NCBI RefSeq assembly: GCF_964355755.1
Contig: NC_092678.1
Span: 18,989,365-19,053,364 of the forward strand
DNA from: Antedon mediterranea
Taxonomy: Eukaryota; Animalia; Echinodermata
Direction: 5' to 3'
DNA length: 64,000 nucleotides
Positions 60,667-64,000 of the stretch are shown here, one piece after another; position 1 is the first letter of the stretch; each line of letters opens with the position of its first letter. The translations under genes were made by a program, and so were the position numbers. The notes under the pieces are model-generated. The model was given only the letters and a program-made list of their open reading frames with translations, searched no databases and was not told the origin of the DNA.

Positions 60667-63600
60667 ATGGGAGAAACTAAATTTGTTAACCGTAATGAAT
60701 CATCAAAGTTAAATTTATCAATCAGTCAACAGCGTAATTATCAACTTTCACAACGAGCACTCATCTATGGATTCTTCAATCTGCTGGCTGCCACTTTTTT
60801 CTACTTTGAAATGTAAGTAGAAAATGAATTTCGCTCCAAATGCAGTCAAGCACTAACAAATGTTAATTTAGTCAGTCAATTATACTTTAGATATAAATAA
60901 AAAGTAGTTCACACTTTTATAGCTGTCAAAACGGTGGAAAGAACTTCTGAAATGAATGTAAAAATATCTATAATCAAACATTCCAATAATTGTTGTTAAT
61001 AAATATAAAAGAGTAAATTGAGAAGATATTAATATTTTTATGAAATTTAAAAGAAAAGAGTAAATGATATGTTTTTTTTTCAAAATAAATTATTTTAAAT
61101 TCAATACCTTATTAATTTATATTGTAATAGTTTATGAAAGATAAATGTTTACGTTGAACGTTGAAATAATTATCATCAATTACGGTAGTTTCGTCTATGT
61201 ATTATGACTTTTATTTAAATTAGCAAATTTTCTTCTCGGTGAGGAAGGGATAATTCAAATTATAACAATATTTTTTATTTTTATGTCACAGAAAGTTGCA
61301 ATACATATCTCAACTTCTGAGTTGTCAGCATCCAGTAGTATGGTATGGAGAGTGCGCCCTCGCCACAGTATTCACAATCAACATGGCAGTAGACTTCAGT
61401 CGGTACTTTTTTTTCACAGTGAACGCCAGCCGTAACCCTGTTGAACTGACCAATGAGGAACGGGTAATATTTGGCATTAAAGAGAAGGGTAAGAATTGCT
61501 AAAATTGTAATTAAAAGATGGTATTGTACTGAAATATATTTAATATTATATATTAAGGGTAAATTTTTTTCCCTCATTGTTCTCAAAATTGTAGTGATAT
61601 ATTCTATTCTTCATCCTTATGATGATAAATTATAACACATTTTTATTTATATTTCATATTATTTTGTAGCATACGGATTTAAAACAACACCGACTCGTTC
61701 ACGTGTTCATTCAGACCCGACAAATACGTCGTCATCACTGCGACATTGTGCAAGTCCAAGTATGTCGTACATGAATGCCTCGAACAATGAGGGAGCAAGT
61801 TTTCACTCGACTCTTGATGGAAACAACTCTTTCATATCGCAAAATGTTTTTTCTAGTTCTCCGAACTTTGCGTCGGGATATTCACCGACCGTACCCACGT
61901 CGTATTCTACCTTCCCTAGGGTATGTATACAAAACACAGTAGAACACCTTCAAGACTCATAAAATATCCACTTAATAAGGTCATTCTCTGAATATGGGTT
62001 GACCACAGTGTTAACATAAATGTTCCCTTTTTTTTTTAGGAAAAATGTCTCATTAATAGTGTTGTCTCCTCAATAATGATTGACCATGATAGTGTTAACA
62101 TAATTTCTCCCTCTTCACATTTTTGACATGGGAAAATGTCCCCTTTACAGTTGTCTCCCTTAAAAAGGGATGTCCAAAGGAGTGCTTCTACTGTATCAAA
62201 AGTTCATAGCATTTAAACAAAAGTACTGCGGTATATAAGCAACATTTATTGTCTAGACAGTAATCTCATTATAGTCTCTACAGATACGGCATTATTTTGG
62301 CCGGTTTTGTAAACATAATGTTTGATAGATCTAGTACGTAACATGTGTCATCTGTATCAAGGAATTACTTTGTATGATACTCAGCAGACTAGATACAGTA
62401 GTGCTGGAATCAGCTAATTTAAATGTACAGTCCCAATGCATCATGCATATTTTTTTTTTGAATTTCGGAAATTGTTATCAATGGCAAACAAATTTTCCCA
62501 TCAGCTAGTTTTGTTCCATTGTATAGAGCTTACAAATTAAATTGCCAACATATTGGTAGAGCTGTTAATAGATATCTTGGAATTTATATTGAACATGTAC
62601 AAGTTTTTCGAGTACATTATTTCAGTTCTAGGCCTTTGTAAAATTCTAGTTTTGTTATTTTCAGCCTCCATCAAGCAGTCCTCACACCCCTGTGTCGGGT
62701 TACTCTCCCATCCACCGTGATGCTAGCTCTACTTACTTTAGGTCAAGGACCCATTCAACACCAGTCAATAGTTCACCAGGTAAGCCAGTATTGCTGTCTG
62801 CATTCCCACCTTTTGATACTTGCATTCACTCTTTCTAATCTCTGAAGCCCCTTCCTTCTCACAACAGTCCCAATTATTATTCTCATGTATCTTTCTATCT
62901 AATAGTAATTCATTATTAATATTAGCAATAAAATGTTATGTTAGCATCAATTAAAAAAACCGTCGGATATTTATTTAAAAAAAATGTTATTTCATGTTTA
63001 TCCAACAGCGAGTAACTCTCCAATTACATGATGGATAAACTATTTTATAATCTATCGTTCTTATAAACTCAGTCTCATTTGAGGCCTTAGGGAGTGGAGT
63101 TAAAAGAGTTGTGAGTTTACAACCCTTGCACTAGGCCAGCCAGGATTGAACCCTGGCACTAGGTTAGGATTGAACCCTGGCACTTGGTTAGGATTGAACC
63201 CTGGACCTTAGGATTAGAAGGCAAGCATATTAACCACCGATCTACAGCTCCACTACTGTTACTGTTCTTGTAGCCGTTTTCTTCTGAAGACAATTATTAT
63301 TCGTACTTGATTGGGCTAACAATTAAAGCATTATTCAAATAAAATTTAAATTTAAAAGTTAAATATTTACTACTTCAATAAACGTATGTGTTGTTTCATT
63401 TCAGTTACAATGGGTGGTGATGATGTCATAACGGACACAGCATCTTTGCAGTCTTACCTCAAGGCTTTTGAAGAGAAGGAGAAGAGAAATCAATTAAGTA
63501 TGTATTGGTCATGCTTGAGTGGAATTATGTAACCTTTGACATTTTTGTCAATTAAAAATAAAAACATTTTTTATTTAAATTTTACAACAGATGGTGCTGA

Positions 63601-63835
63601 TCTGTCCCCAAGCGGAAGCCCATCGTTCTGGACTTATAATCGCACAGCGGCAGAATTCACTCCGGTGCTGCGTAAATATCAGTACCAATTAGCTAGTCGA
63701 TCACCGCAGTCTTCGTCTTCTCGTAATGACGATGATGACCCCGATTTTCCTGCAACTTTGACTGCAGCCGAAGTGTGGTCGAAGTTCCATATTTCTAAGG
63801 ATACGGTTGAAGAATGGACAGCCAATTTAAGAAAG
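60667..63835 (+). CDS. TMEM209: Transmembrane protein 209 (nuclear envelope), 3' partial
   Basis: Exons 60667-60812, 61292-61488, 61670-61920, 62665-62779, 63405-63497 and 63591-63835. Recognised motifs: WYGECALATVFTINMAVDFSRYF, a Ser/Pro-rich middle, SFWTYNR..LRKYQYQLASRS..AAEVW..EEWTANLRK. Confidence 0.9.
63030..63256 (-). mobile_element. tRNA-derived SINE with triplicated B-box segment
   Basis: The minus-strand head reads gagctgtagatcggtggttaatatgcttgcc..ccagggttcaatcct. aggattgaaccctgg occurs three times at 63142-63204. The body matches 7038-7228. Confidence 0.7.
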
Positions 63836-64000
63836 GTTTTAACTTTGACCTTTTTTTCTTTTGAAATACACTATTATTATAATAGAGTAAGATATTTTCG
63901 TTCTTCCCAAATATAAAAGTGTCACAGCCTTTTTATTGCAAATAAAAACGATTGTTTGCCAGTGTGAACAAGGCTTTAGAGAGTAGAAATCAATTTTTAT

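Overview
AT-rich, intron-containing animal genomic DNA, probably from a marine invertebrate such as an echinoderm; this assignment is inferred from gene style and repeats. I spliced the genes by hand from GT-AG sites and checked exon phases. In order they are: a 16-exon adhesion GPCR (CTLD-6xEGF-HRM-GAIN/GPS-7TM, + strand, 5' end unresolved); a 2-exon LRR-Ig surface protein with a probable GPI anchor (-); THNSL1 (9 exons, +); an Ig-Ig-mucin-TM protein (-); a small mucin-TM protein (-); a disrupted class-A GPCR (-); an unrecognised ~1164-aa protein with a C-terminal MYND finger (-); and, head-to-head with it, TMEM209 (+, 3' partial). The most striking object is a ~5-kb block in THNSL1 intron 7. 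It holds an antisense, spliced, partly disabled gene made of ~40 tandem amphipathic helices, many matching the AKAP PKA-RII/dimerisation-docking (D/D) binding consensus. Also present are a head-to-tail Helitron junction, a Penelope GIY-YIG fragment with a decayed hammerhead-like motif, several MITE families (two insertions at splice donors), tRNA-derived SINEs, minisatellites, and TAGGCCTA/CTAG-dense tracts upstream of the housekeeping-gene coding regions.
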